The translations under genes were made by a program, and so were the position numbers. Positions 36,913-49,800 of a stretch of 64,000 bases of DNA are shown here, piece after piece. The notes below the pieces were generated by a model. The model saw nothing but the letters and a program-made list of their open reading frames with translations, made no database searches and was not told the DNA's origin. Positions within the stretch are counted from its first letter, which is position 1, and every line of letters starts with the position of its first letter. Origin of the DNA: Kudoa neothunni (lineage: Eukaryota > Animalia > Cnidaria); the NCBI GenBank assembly GCA_964304625.1, contig OZ199840.1:9346882-9410881 (forward strand), given 5' to 3'.

Positions 36913-38330
36913 AGGCTAAATTACAGCATACGGTCAACAACGGTTATTGCTCACTTTTTGGGGGAATGAAATATTAAACTCGATTATTTTTCTTAAAACA
37001 AATGAAATAACGTTTAATTTTTTCAAAAAATTGTTATAAAAATATATTTCTAGGTAAATTTTACAATTTTAGATATTCTATCCATCACTGGGTAGAAATC
37101 AGTCAATCCTTTTGGATTTTAAGTTAAAATGTTCAGCGTGTTTCTGAGACAGTATTCTTCAGTTTCTCCACGTTTAATACGTACGTGATGTGGTCATTTT
37201 CATTTCAAATAGATGAATTGTTCTTATAAAAATTAAAACCAGATTCTATAATTTCACATTTTATCCATAATCTAACGGATTAATAATGATATAACAACCT
37301 TATTGGATTTATTAAAACTTTAAAAGTTGAGAATTAAAGATAAGCTTGATAATCTTGTGTATCAAGAATGATGTTCTTTCCGAATTAATTGCGAGAAATT
37401 TTTATTTTAACTCTAATTTTTGGAATTAAATTATTAACAGATTTGGATTTACCAAGGTTCGGTCGGTTAAGAAAAAGCCAAAGATATACGTAAGAACCAT
37501 GGCATATATTTATGCGCGCGCATTTTACAATGAAGTTGTTATTTTACGTTTAATTAAATTTTGAAATTTGTGATTACATTATATATAATCCTTTATATTT
37601 ATATTCATTTTAATGTATTAACAATGATACAATTAGATATTATTACAGTTGAAAAACGTAATCAAATATTTTTATAAAAAACGGTTTTAATAATATTAAT
37701 TTTTAGTTATCACATAAAAAACCTGATAATTAAGTCAAAAAAATGCAATTCGTTTCAATATATTATTCTCTTTTTAATATTTATCATTTATAATTGTAGG
37801 CATGTTATCAGAATTTAAAAACAATTTTACTTACACTATTAATATTTTAAAATTTTTACAATTCAACATCCTTTTCAATAATCAATAATGATGTTTTAGT
37901 TTATAAATTTTTTTTGCGATTTTCTCGTACTAAATTTAAAAGGTATTTAATTTTAATGGAAGATATTTACCTTCGGATTTTTTAAACCGTTGTTTCACAC
38001 ATTGTAGTAACACAAATTTATACGTCATTTATAATAAAAAATATCAAACCTACAATATATTTATTATAAAAATGTTTAGCGTAATTATTAAACATTTTCG
38101 GAGTTACTTATTTTCATCATAATGACAATCAAACTTGCTTACAATATAACATTGTGCAATGTAATTTTTATCCTAATTGTTTATAATCTACTTTATTGAT
38201 GAAAGTCTTATTTTCCCAACGAAAAATTACACTGATTCATCGAAAACTTAAATTATTTTGTATTGATACTTAACGAGAATTAAGAATATCCTCGATGCAT
38301 TTGGATGCTTAACTGTCACCCAAAAAATAA

Positions 38331-38750
38331 ATGAAACTAAATTTATATTCTGTTTTTAAAACAATATTCACTTTAGAAAATATTTCTCAAATAATGTTAG
38401 ATTATGGATATTTTCGACAGGATTTATTTTATACTATTAAATGTTTCCTCAAGATATCTCAAGAAAGAAATCGCATAGTTCTAGAAGAAATCATATGCGA
38501 GAATGTAGAGGAAGGTTCCATTATTTGTACCTATATTTGGGCAGATACAACCGCGACCAATAAATATCCAGACAGTCTTGCTGAATACGTGACCGATTTA
38601 TTGTATCGAAGAAAATATTCTGGAAAAGAAATTAGCACATTTTGTAAGTATATAATGAATTTATATACAGTTTAAATATTTTTTACGATTTTTAACGAGT
38701 GCGAATTTTTTTGCCCGAGGACAGACACATACCGTAATACGTCCTTGATT
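38331..38750 (+). mobile_element. Heavily deleted Merlin relic
   Basis: ERNRIVLEEIICENVEEGSIICTYIW resembles the ISXO2 second-Asp region. The 3' end resembles the end of the 19.3-kb relic. Confidence 0.55.
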
Positions 38751-39129
38751 ACGTCTCATGAGTGTTTTATAAATTAACGGAGAGTCAAGTATAATCATAA
38801 ATGAGATAAAAAATATTATCAGTCGATTAATTATATTATTTGTATAGAAGTTTTGTAGAATTTAAAAAATAAAACAAAAATTTAAAGTATTGTGAAAAAA
38901 ATCATCGGTTTCTTAGTTATTTACGTTGAAGTATAAAAATGCCTTAGCTTCAGATAGTACAAATATTTATAAATAATATAAATTATCAATATTATAAATA
39001 ATGTTACAACAATGAGAAATTAAGCGTGCTTAGTAACTTTTAATATATAATATTCAGATAATATATTTTTATCCGATTATAATTTAATTTTAGTTTACAT
39101 TTTAGTGTTCTATTTAAAAACATTCTTTG

Positions 39130-42053
39130 ATGATATTGATTCTAATTGAAATTTACTTTAGTAACTATTTATTTGGATGATCATTTCAAAATAAGTATTT
39201 CAGAAATAGCGATAACCAACCAAATATCATTGCTAACAAATTGTAATCAATGTTTGGGTAGTGGAAAAACATGGTGCCTTGATGGAGTGGATATTTTGAG
39301 TTTTACTATGCTAGAATACCTTTTAGGTTTTACCTGCTGGAAGTGAAAGTAGATGCAGTTATTCAACAGATGCAAGTTCCCACTGTAGTGATCTCTTACA
39401 GTATCTCCGAAATACCTGTATAACAAATGCTTCTAACTTATACAGCTCACAAATTCCGAGTAATTGGAATCCAATCAATGAAGATATTGACGGAATTGAA
39501 AAAACCTACACTGAAATGTCAAGTTTAGGACATGGCATCGGTTTAAAAGATTTTTGTGTATCAGTTATTTATAATTTTTAGAATTAAATCTTACACTCGA
39601 AATTCCTGCAATATCGCCATTAGAACTATTCGCAATAATTGACTTTAATTCGTTTAGTTCAGAAATCATAGATTCTATCACGAATGATTTTATAACCTAC
39701 TGTAATCTAGACTTTTATTATTATTATTTTTATAATAGATAAAACTTAAATAAATAGTTAACGATAGTACGAGTGCTAATTTAAAAGTATTCGAAATTGG
39801 TTTCATACTCACTCAAGATACATTGTAATAATTAATATAATCTTTATGGTTATTTTCTGTTAGAGGGGATTCTCTACTTCCGCTCCGTTCTCTTCTCAAA
39901 TATACCAACAGTGTATGGTAATCATATGTTAAGAAAGTGACACTGATAATTTTGTAGAAAGCATTCTATTTTCAAGTTTTCACACAAGAAAATCGACTGA
40001 TCTATGATGAAGTTTTCAAATCGATTGTATTGGATATTATCTGCAAACAAGTACTGATTAGGATTTTTGAATTTTGATATCTTGTATTGGAAGGAACTTG
40101 CTTCGCTAAATGAAAAAAATCCTAAACGCATCCTACTTCTATCCAACCGGGTACACCCATTCGAAAATGGGCAGGTAGAATTAAAAACACAATTTCTCCT
40201 ACATTTATTATATTTAATGTATTTAGTTGGCCAATCTAATTCGGAATAAGTCAAAGTTCTGCAATTTTTTAAAAAATATAAACCATAAAAATATTGTAAG
40301 TATCACTAATCTCTCGAAAAATGTAAATATTTTGTTAGTACCATATGGATACAACAACATTTGGAGATGTCTTGCGAGAAAATTTAATCCAACTTCATAT
40401 AGTTACGGGAAATCAAGAAGTTTATAACTATAATAAGGTGTTTTTGCATTAATTCTATTGACATATATGAATAACACTTTAGCATATTGTTTACGGAAGT
40501 GAATACATGATCCCAGCAATAGCCAGTCATTTTTATCAAGGTCGAACCTTTTTAGGATTGCTACGATTTTTTCATAGAGTACTATTGACCAACGAAATCG
40601 TTAATGTTATTATTATTACTGGCAGAAATTCTTTCATAATAGCCTTATAAATTATCCTTTCGCTGACCAATTTATTGATTTCAACGTTAGTGTGGATGGA
40701 CACACGTATTGATGTTTATTTTTCTGTAGAAAATAACGTTATTTTAGAAGTTCTAGAAGATTTTATTTTGGCGACTTTGAAGAACCCCACAATGTCACTG
40801 TGACGATTAAAGTAAAAAAATGCTTCCCCAAGCAAAGCCTAAGCAGAGAGTATGATTATTCATCTTCTGTTAATTACATTAATATTTTAGATATGAAGTT
40901 TCTGTCTTTGGCTACAAAACGTTTCGTATATCTCCGCCTATGGGAATGTGTCTCTGCGAATGCGAAGATCCTCTTCATTATTCCTATGTAAATAAATTTC
41001 CATTTACTGTTTTCTCTATCCTGCTACTTTTCACAATGTTTTATATTATCCAATTATGTAAAAATAGATAACATGGTGAAATCCATATAGGGTAATAGAA
41101 GTGACATTTGCAACTTCAGAGGTGACCTGGTCTGTGGAAATTGCAGATGTGATAATAGATTGTATAGTATATTATACACAAAACTGTACTAATACTGCCT
41201 TTAGTACTTCGGATGATTGCTCATACGTGGATTCATTATTATTCTTCAAACCTAATAGTTTAAAATCAGAATCTTCTGTAAATGAGGATCATTGTTGTAA
41301 ACCTTCCAAATACGGTTGTTGTCAATCTGACCTTTGCGAGAATGGACGTTGCAGCTTTTACGACTGTCACACTAATAAAATATTGAATGAAACCATGCGA
41401 TATGGAAGCTGTGACAGATCCAACCCTGCAATACTGATTGATGCAAGTCAAGTACGTTAAAACCAGTCGATATTCTTATAAACTTATCAAACATGTTAAA
41501 ATTATATAGAGCGTTGACCAAGAATGTGAATTTGGATTTATGGGAAAAGGTTGTCAACAAACCGTATTTTTGTGGATAGACTGCAACTCAACTCAATTGA
41601 TATAGAGCCACCATGTTGGATGCGACGTGTTCATTCCATGCCTTTCAAAATACCTAAAACGCGACACTAAACTTAATAATGAGTCACCAATGGACAAAAT
41701 TTGCACGCATGTGTCTTTTAATCTGCCGAACACTGATTCCATAAAATTCATACCCATCCAAAATTGCATCTCAATTTTCCCATCTAAAACCATCGTCGAA
41801 TATACCACCTATACTGATCACAAACAATTTTTCATTTATGTCACAAAATCAGAAAAAATTGGTAAAATTTGATTATAAATATTATTATCATTATTAACAA
41901 CGAGATTTAGTTTATAGGAAAAATCTTATTTTGTTTCTCTTAATCCTGTCAGCACCAGTTCTTATAACGATTTTTGTCATCGTAGGAGTTTACATCCAAC
42001 GAAAATCATACAGCAATCTCTCAACTTACAAACACTTTAAAAGTGTCTTGTAA
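39130..42053 (+). CDS. Divergent integrin-beta-like protein, copy 1 (19 exons)
   Basis: Spliced translation: hydrophobic leader; PSI domain (CNQCLGSGKTWCLDG...SRC); beta-I domain (SPLELFAIIDFNSFS...FEIGF...KRILLLSNRVHPFENGQLANLI...DTTTFGDVLRENLIQLHIVT); hybrid end VKKC...MCLCECE; I-EGF ICNFRGDLVCGNCRCDNRFTSDDCS; tail domain; TM; short cytoplasmic tail. Confidence 0.85.
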
Positions 42054-42099
42054 ATTCGTCATACGATTCTTTTGGTCCTCCAAATATATGATTCTTAGT

Positions 42100-42900
42100 C
42101 CTATTTCTAATGATGTTTTCTATGATATTTTCTTTTTTAATAATTTATGTTTTCATATTACTCGAAGTAAACATACTCCATTTGGTAAATCTGCCAAAAT
42201 ATGAGAGATTTACCATTTGGTGTCCTTTTATTAAAACAAAGGAAACTCTACAGTACCGTCCCTTTCTGTACGTGGGCGATAATATGCTAGCATCATACAC
42301 GATAAAAAATAAGTCAGTCAATTTATTTTCACTCTATTCAATGAACGATTTTACCATTGATCGGATGTCGGTGTCAGTTTTATTAATATGCTGGATATTT
42401 TTGTTGTCAATATATATAGATATATATATTTGTATTTATAATGGCTTGCGCTAGGGTTGCAATAATGAGTAATTTTTGGGGAATGCGGAAATGTTACTCA
42501 GTGGAAATACTATGAAATACCAAGTTCCTATGTACGTGAAACCACTAAATGTATTATTCTGATAAATCAGAGGTGGGTAAATTACGGCCCAAGAGTCAGT
42601 TTAAATGGCGGCAATGTCGTACCGCTCTGAGGTTGATAGCGCATGCATTAGCTTTGGGCACATCCCTTATATAACCCGGCCGGGGTTACCAGAAAAATTT
42701 AAAAAAGACCCAAGGTAGAGAAAAACACTAGTTTAAAGTACAAAAAAAAATAGAATCGTATCTAGTAAAGTTTTTAACCTTCTTCCGATTCAATAATTAC
42801 GTCTTCAGGCATTAAATTTAAATTTTCTAATAATGTGCTGTCGTTCAATATCGCAAATGTTTTACCCTGCATGATATAATCTGAATAGGATACGTCATTA
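42100..42900. repeat. 3' flank shared with 52020-53105; part also present inverted at ~63145-63520
   Basis: Colinear identity between the flanks. The rc of 42700-42870 matches 63145-63500. The sequence looks coding-like but is stop-ridden and unidentified. Confidence 0.75.
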
Positions 42901-43889
42901 AAAATATAAATATTAATACCGTACATAAAAAAATTGTGTCATTCTTTAATGTTTACAGGTTTTAAATAAAAAACCAAAATTTTGTATTAATTGAAAAATT
43001 TGGCCCAACCATGTGATGAATTATTCGAATTTAGAATACACGGTTTTTTAATTTACATTAATCTGAATCCAATAAAAATATAAATTAAGCAACTGTGTTG
43101 AAGGTTGGTCTATTGAACATTTATATGACTGAACTATAGTCGACAACGTTTATTGCGCATTGAAAATAAAATTTAAGTATTATCCCTAAAATAAGCTAAT
43201 GATCGATTAATTTTTTGGATAATCTGCTATAAATGTGCATTCTACGCTAAATTTTATAATTTTGGTTATCTTATCTATTGCTGAGTAGAATTCATTCAAA
43301 CCAACTCCATTTTAATGTAAAACGCTCGGCGTATTTTTTAGAGAGTATTTTTATTGACATTAACATCGTGTAGGACATATTTACTTGAAATTGATTTCAA
43401 CTTTTAATATTAATCTTAAATAATTTGGCGCATGCCTTCGGTATGGAAAAGAATGTAAATTTCACTATTAGAATTTTATAATTTTTTCACTTAAACCATA
43501 TTTTTAAGTTTATAATTTTATTTGAGTTATTTGGTTACTGAATTTAACAGATATATAACTATTAATGGAAGATGTTCACTAACGGTTTTTTTAAAACGTC
43601 ATTTTCTATATTTCAATCATATTAATGTATGCATAATTTGTAAAAAAAAAATAACACACATATAATAAAGTAAATAAGAATACATGAAGTCACATTAATA
43701 AAACATGTAACAATGAGACATATATTCGCCATATTGACTAAATTATTCCGTAGATTTATTTGATATCTTAATCAATTTTATTTTGTATTTAATCATTTAT
43801 AAATTAATCCGTTATCGATCGACTCACTTGCCTAAATAACTGACAGATTGGAAATTGGTAGGGATATTCAATATTATGATTTTAATTAA

Positions 43890-44496
43890 CCCTTAATAGG
43901 TGACTTTAATACGTTATTGCATGATAAAAAATGTATGATATACAATAAATAATTTATTTTGGAGGACACTTAAACAGGTCAATTTTTTTTATTGAATTTA
44001 AACCTAACTGTTTCAGGATAACGCTTAAAGGCAGGTTGACATCCAATTTTTGTGATCTTCAGCTCTTCATTTCTGGTGGCTTACAATCAAAGAAGCGAAT
44101 AAACCTAATAAAAATTGTTGTCGACGATTAGGTTTGTCTTTCAAATGTTCCAAAATTCTTTGAAAAACAAGATAAATGAATTGAAAGCATCCACATCAAT
44201 AATTTGTCAGTAGATAATTGATTTGAGAAATTCAAACATGACACTGATACATTTATTGCGCAACTGTGAGATTAACTTTTAAATAAAATAAAGCATATTG
44301 CTATTGTCATAATCCTTTTTTGGTGAAAATCAGCTTAAAATAAAAAATTTCGAATTCATTGAAAATTTACAACTAGATGAAAAATAAAATTTGAACAACT
44401 TACATGAAAAAAATTAAAGAAAAACTTTTTTTGAATGAATTATGCTTAATTTACTACTCAGATGGGCTCATGGAACCCAAGATCACTTATTGAGGG
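43890..44496. mobile_element. piggyBac-type MITE
   Basis: TTAA|CCCTTAATAGGTGA ... TCACTTATTGAGGG|TTAA (12/14 TIR match). Confidence 0.75.
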
Positions 44497-44648
44497 TTAA
44501 TACAAAATAACGGTTTCCATAATAATTTTAATTCATATGTAAAACTCCATCTAAAAATTAATATCTTATCCTGTAACATGTGGATTAAAGGGTTGTAATC
44601 CACCAATCACAGATGCGCGATCAATAGCAATGCGGTATGACATCACTG

Positions 44649-46139
44649 CCTTTTAATGCTTTTTAGGTTAAACTGACCTAAATTTTTTAGATATCTAATA
44701 AGTAATTTTTAAAACTTGTTTAAAAATAAAAAAATATCTGTCGGCGAATTCCTGTAATATTGTTACTAGAACTTTATCTCGACATAAGAGTAATATTTTG
44801 TTTGAAAATAAAAATTAATTAAAATAATTTAAGAAAGTTGGGAGATTTGCGTTAGCTTGAAGCATTTTTAGTAAGTTCACGACTAACTAAAAACCGATAT
44901 ATTTGAGAGTTCACTAATCCGTTGTGCTTCTATTTATTTTTTAGAATCCGCTGTATTAATTATTTTTGGCCCCTAGAAGAGGTAGCGAAGGGTCAAAAAT
45001 AATTAAATGCGGTCAAAACTATACCTACCTGGATATTATGATCGTGTCAATAGCCACTTCCTAAGAAAAACTTATTCTATAAAGGACAGATTTAGAGGCG
45101 CGTATTGTTTTAAGACACATTTACTTCAGAAAGCAATTAACCGTTCATTAAAACTTAAGTCTTCATGTGGTATCGGACATTTATTGAGTAAATCACTCAA
45201 TATTCTCATGAATTAGACACGATTTATCGGAATTTCCCCTTTGTCTTTCGTAGTGAGCCGTCAAACTGAAGTACTCTAATAATCTCGGCGAATCTCTTCA
45301 AAAACATTATTTGTCGAAAAAAACATTTTGGATTTTGATTTTGCTCCATAAAAGATTTCAAATGTTCAAAATTTGCTTAAAAGATTGCCATATAAAAAAC
45401 AATTTCAGTATGTTTTAAATTCGAACTTTGAGGATTCTTTCCAAAATCATTTATAATGATGAAAGATAAGTTTTCTGGTTTGTAATACAACATTGTCATA
45501 AAAAACATCGTTTATAGAAATGTTTGTGCAGTCATCCGATTTGAAATTCTATGAGTAGCAACGGTTGCAATACCTGGGACTCTTTCAAAATTTGTGTATT
45601 AAATTTTTCATGATTTAGGATATTCCAAAGTCCGTAATACGTTATTACGGTTGGTTCAAGCGTTAACAATTTTGACATCATCACCCTCTGAATCGGCTAA
45701 ATTTGATGGGGAAAATTATAGTCTTCAAAATATCATAACTAGCCTTCATACTTCGACGAAAATGACTCTTTAATAGCATATTTGATTTTGCAGCACATTT
45801 ATCGTAAAAGTTCGGGACGAGAAAATACTTTATTTTCTCTTTATTTTATCGATAGAATTATTTGAAATTATCTCAATCGTTAAATAATAATTTTATGTCT
45901 CATTTTATATAATAAAGCTGTTGTGTCAATTTGACCCTAAAAAACGTTAACCGTATAATTAACGTTTATTGTTTATTCGAGTGTATTTATTACTTTTTAT
46001 AATTTTTATTTTAATAGAGTATAAATCAGTATTTTAGAAAAGAGGATGCGATCTTAAGGTATATGCGTTAGAATTAAGATATGGATTATACGATACAGTA
46101 TGTTCTGAGGTCAATTTGACTCCAGAAACGCTTGGAAGG
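44649..46139 (-). mobile_element. Decayed piggyBac
   Basis: 5' end CCTTCCAAGCG (rc) abuts TTAA at 46140-46143. Relic peptides RVPGIA and RVLQFDG on the minus strand. Left boundary uncertain. Confidence 0.6.
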
Positions 46140-46886
46140 TTAAAAAAATAGTTAAATAACAAAAAATAATGACATCAGTGCTGCACAATAGCAGAATTCC
46201 GTAGAAAATATATAGATTTCTCTACCAAAATATTTAAATTAAATTATCTTGTTTGCTTATATTCGCACAATATATATATTGGTAAAACAAAATTACCAAC
46301 AATACGTTTAATTTAAATTTGTTTCACTTCTATTGACGCGGTGTTAAACTTTCTATAGAAATAAAACAAATATTAATTAATATTTGTTCCATTTCCGAGT
46401 ATTTGAAGTCAGTATATTATGATATAATTTATGATCAGTAAAATTTAATATAGCTTAATTACTTCTCAAGGGTGTTTTATTAATTAACGGATATTTGTGT
46501 ATGATCATTAACAATACGAGATATTATCAGTTGAATATGTGCATAGATATTTAGCCAATCAATTATATTATTTGTACAGATTTTTCGTGGTATTTAAAAA
46601 TATGAACAAATAGATTAAATATTGTGTAATAAGAGAGTTCTCGGTTTCCTCGGATGGCTCATTAATCCCTTTAAAGGCTTTAATATTATTATTTTCTTCG
46701 AATAATCGTTTAAATGAAAAAATACAATAACCTCAGATAGAATAAATATTTATAAATAATATATAAAAACGAGAAATTAAGCTCGATTTAACATTTTAAA
46801 TGTGTACTATTCATGTAATATATTTTAATCAGATTATAATTTATTTTTAATTTACATTTTGGTGTTCTATTTAGAAGTATTCTTTG

Positions 46887-49800
46887 ATGATATTGATTCT
46901 AATTGAAATTTACTTTGGTACTAATTATTAAATTCTCATTATAATATAACTATGTTAAAAATAGCGTTAACCAACCAATTATCATTAGTTCCAAGTTGTA
47001 ATCAATGTTTGGATAGTGGAAAAACATGGTGCCTTGATGGAGTGGATATTTATATCTATGTTATCATATAATACCTTTTAGTTTTTACCTGCTGGAAGTG
47101 AAAATCGATGCAGTTCTACAGCAGATATATATTCAAATTGTAATAATCCCTTAAAGTATCTCCAAAATATTTATATTACAAATGCTTGTAACTCTTCTAG
47201 ACTACAAAGTTCCGGGAATTTGAATCTAAGTCTTGCAGATATTGATAGAACCGAATCATCTTACTCTGAACTATCAAATATAGGACCTGACATTAGTATA
47301 AAAGATTTTCTGTGTATCGTTTGAACATAAATTTCAGAAATTAACCTTACCTTTGAAATTCCAGCATTAGTGCCACGAGAGATATTCGTTATAATTGACG
47401 TTAATTCGTTTAGTTCAGGAACAATAAATTCTATCTCAGAAGACTTGGAGGCATTTTGTAATTTAGATTATCACTACAGTATACGTAACTTGAGGAAACA
47501 GTTATAGATAGTTGGAAGACTGATTTAAACAGGATCGAAGTTAGTGTCATACTCACTCAAAAAACATCGTAATAATTAAAATAATCTTTATGATAATTTT
47601 ACGTTAGACCGGACACTCTACTTCCACTTCTTTCTCTTCTTCAGTATACCAATCATGTATAGTAATCATGTGTTAGGGAAGTGACACTGATGTTTTGTAG
47701 AAAGCCTTCTATTTTCAAGTTGTCACACAAGAGAATCGACTGATCTATGATGAAGTTTTCAAATCAACCATATTGAATATTATCTGCAAACAAGTATGGA
47801 TTAGGATTTTTCAATATTTATATTTTACATTGGAAGGGAACCGTTCGGCGGAATGAAACAAATCCTAAAGTCATGCTACTCCTAACAAACCGGATGCACC
47901 CTTTCGAAAATGGGCAGGTAGAATTAGGGACTAAATTACTACTACACTTAGTTTATTTAGCTGGCCAAGCTAATTCGGAATAAATCAAAGTCATGCCTTT
48001 TCTCGAACAACAAAAACTATAAAAATGTTGTAATTTTTACTAATCTCTCGAAAGATATTCATATTTCGTTAGTACCATATGGATACAAAAACATTTGGAG
48101 ATGTATTGCGAGAAAATTCAGCCCAAATTCATATTGTTACACAAAAAAGAGAAGCCTACTATTATTATTGGGTATTATTATATGTATGCTCTTGAAAGAT
48201 ACGAATGACATCTTAGCATATACTTTACAGAAATGAGTACCTGATCCCAGCAATAATCAATGTCTATCACCGTAGTACCTTCATAAGATATTTGAACCGG
48301 TTTAAAAATGTACTGATGATCAACGAAATCCATAATATTATTATCGACAGGAATTCTTACATAAGTGCATCATAAGTTATCCACTAACGGACCAATTCAT
48401 TGAGTTTGATCTTATAATGACGGAATGCCGGTAATTTGGTCCTTTTTATATAGATAATAGTTTGGCTGTAGGATTTTCTGGATTAAGTTTCTATGTAATT
48501 TTGAAATCCCCCAAACCGCCTCCATAACGATGAAAGTGAAAAAATGCTTCCCCAAGCAAAGCCTAAGCAGAGAGTATGATTATTCATCTTCTGTTAATTA
48601 CATTAATATTTTAGATATGAAATTTCTGCTATTGGTCACAAGAAATTTCATATATCTCTCTCTACGGGAATGTGTCTCTGCGAATGCGAAGACCCTCTTC
48701 ATTATTCCTATGTAAATAAATTTCCATTTACTGTTTTCTCTATCCTGCTACTTTTCACAATGTTTTATATTATCCAATTATGTAAAAATAGATAACATGG
48801 TGAAATCCATATAGGGTAATAGAAGTGACATTTGCAACTTCAGAGGTGACCTGGTCTGTGGAAATTGCAGATGTGATAATAGATTGTATAGTATATTATA
48901 CACAAAACTGTACTAATACTGCCTTTAGTACTTCGGATGATTGCTCATACGTGGATTCATTATTATTCTTCAAACCTAATAGTTTAAAATCAGAATCTTC
49001 TGTAAATGAGGATCATTGTTGTAAACCTTCCAAATACGGTTGTTGTCAATCTGACCTTTGCGAGAATGGACGTTGCAGCTTTTACGACTGTCACACTAAT
49101 AAAATATTGAATGAAACCATGCGATATGGAAGCTGTGACAGATCCAACCCTACAATACTGATTGATGCAAGTCAAGTACGTTAAAACCAGTCGATATTCT
49201 TATAAACTTATCAAACATGTTAACCTTCTAAGTAACATGAGGTGAAAAAAGACCCCAGAGCGATTTAAAACTCGATTTTCTCGAAGTATAAATAATTGCC
49301 AAAGCTTAAATTTCTACTATTGTCCTAAAATACAAACATCTATAAAAAATAATAATTAAAGAGATTATCATATTTTATGTTAATATTAAAACAATAAAAA
49401 TACACCAAATAACATGGAGTGAAAAAAGACCCCAAATTTTTATTTATTATTTCAATATTATATAATTCAATAATTCCAAAAATAAAGGAGGACTTAAATT
49501 CAAGAGTAGCTTCATGTTGAAAAATGACAAATACTTAAAACCAGGCTGAGCGCGCAAGCGCGAAACTTTGTTTTAGTGGCGATGGAGTATTTTTTAGCAA
49601 GTAGCGATGATAGTATCGATGAATCTGATCTCGATACATTGGATTTGATATATACAAGGGGGTCTGATAGTGAAGACGTTGAAGATGAATCCGTGATTTG
49701 CGAATATGTTGATTCCCTTGCTGATAAAAATAATAATTTGTGGAGTGTCGTGAAACCGAGAAAAACAAAAGATGCAGCGTAAAACAAGATAAATTTTAAA

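Noticed and set aside
41101-41460. 119-aa Cys-rich ORF (three copies) as a stand-alone toxin or small secreted protein
   Set aside because: It is parts of exons 15-16 plus intron sequence of the integrin-beta-like gene.
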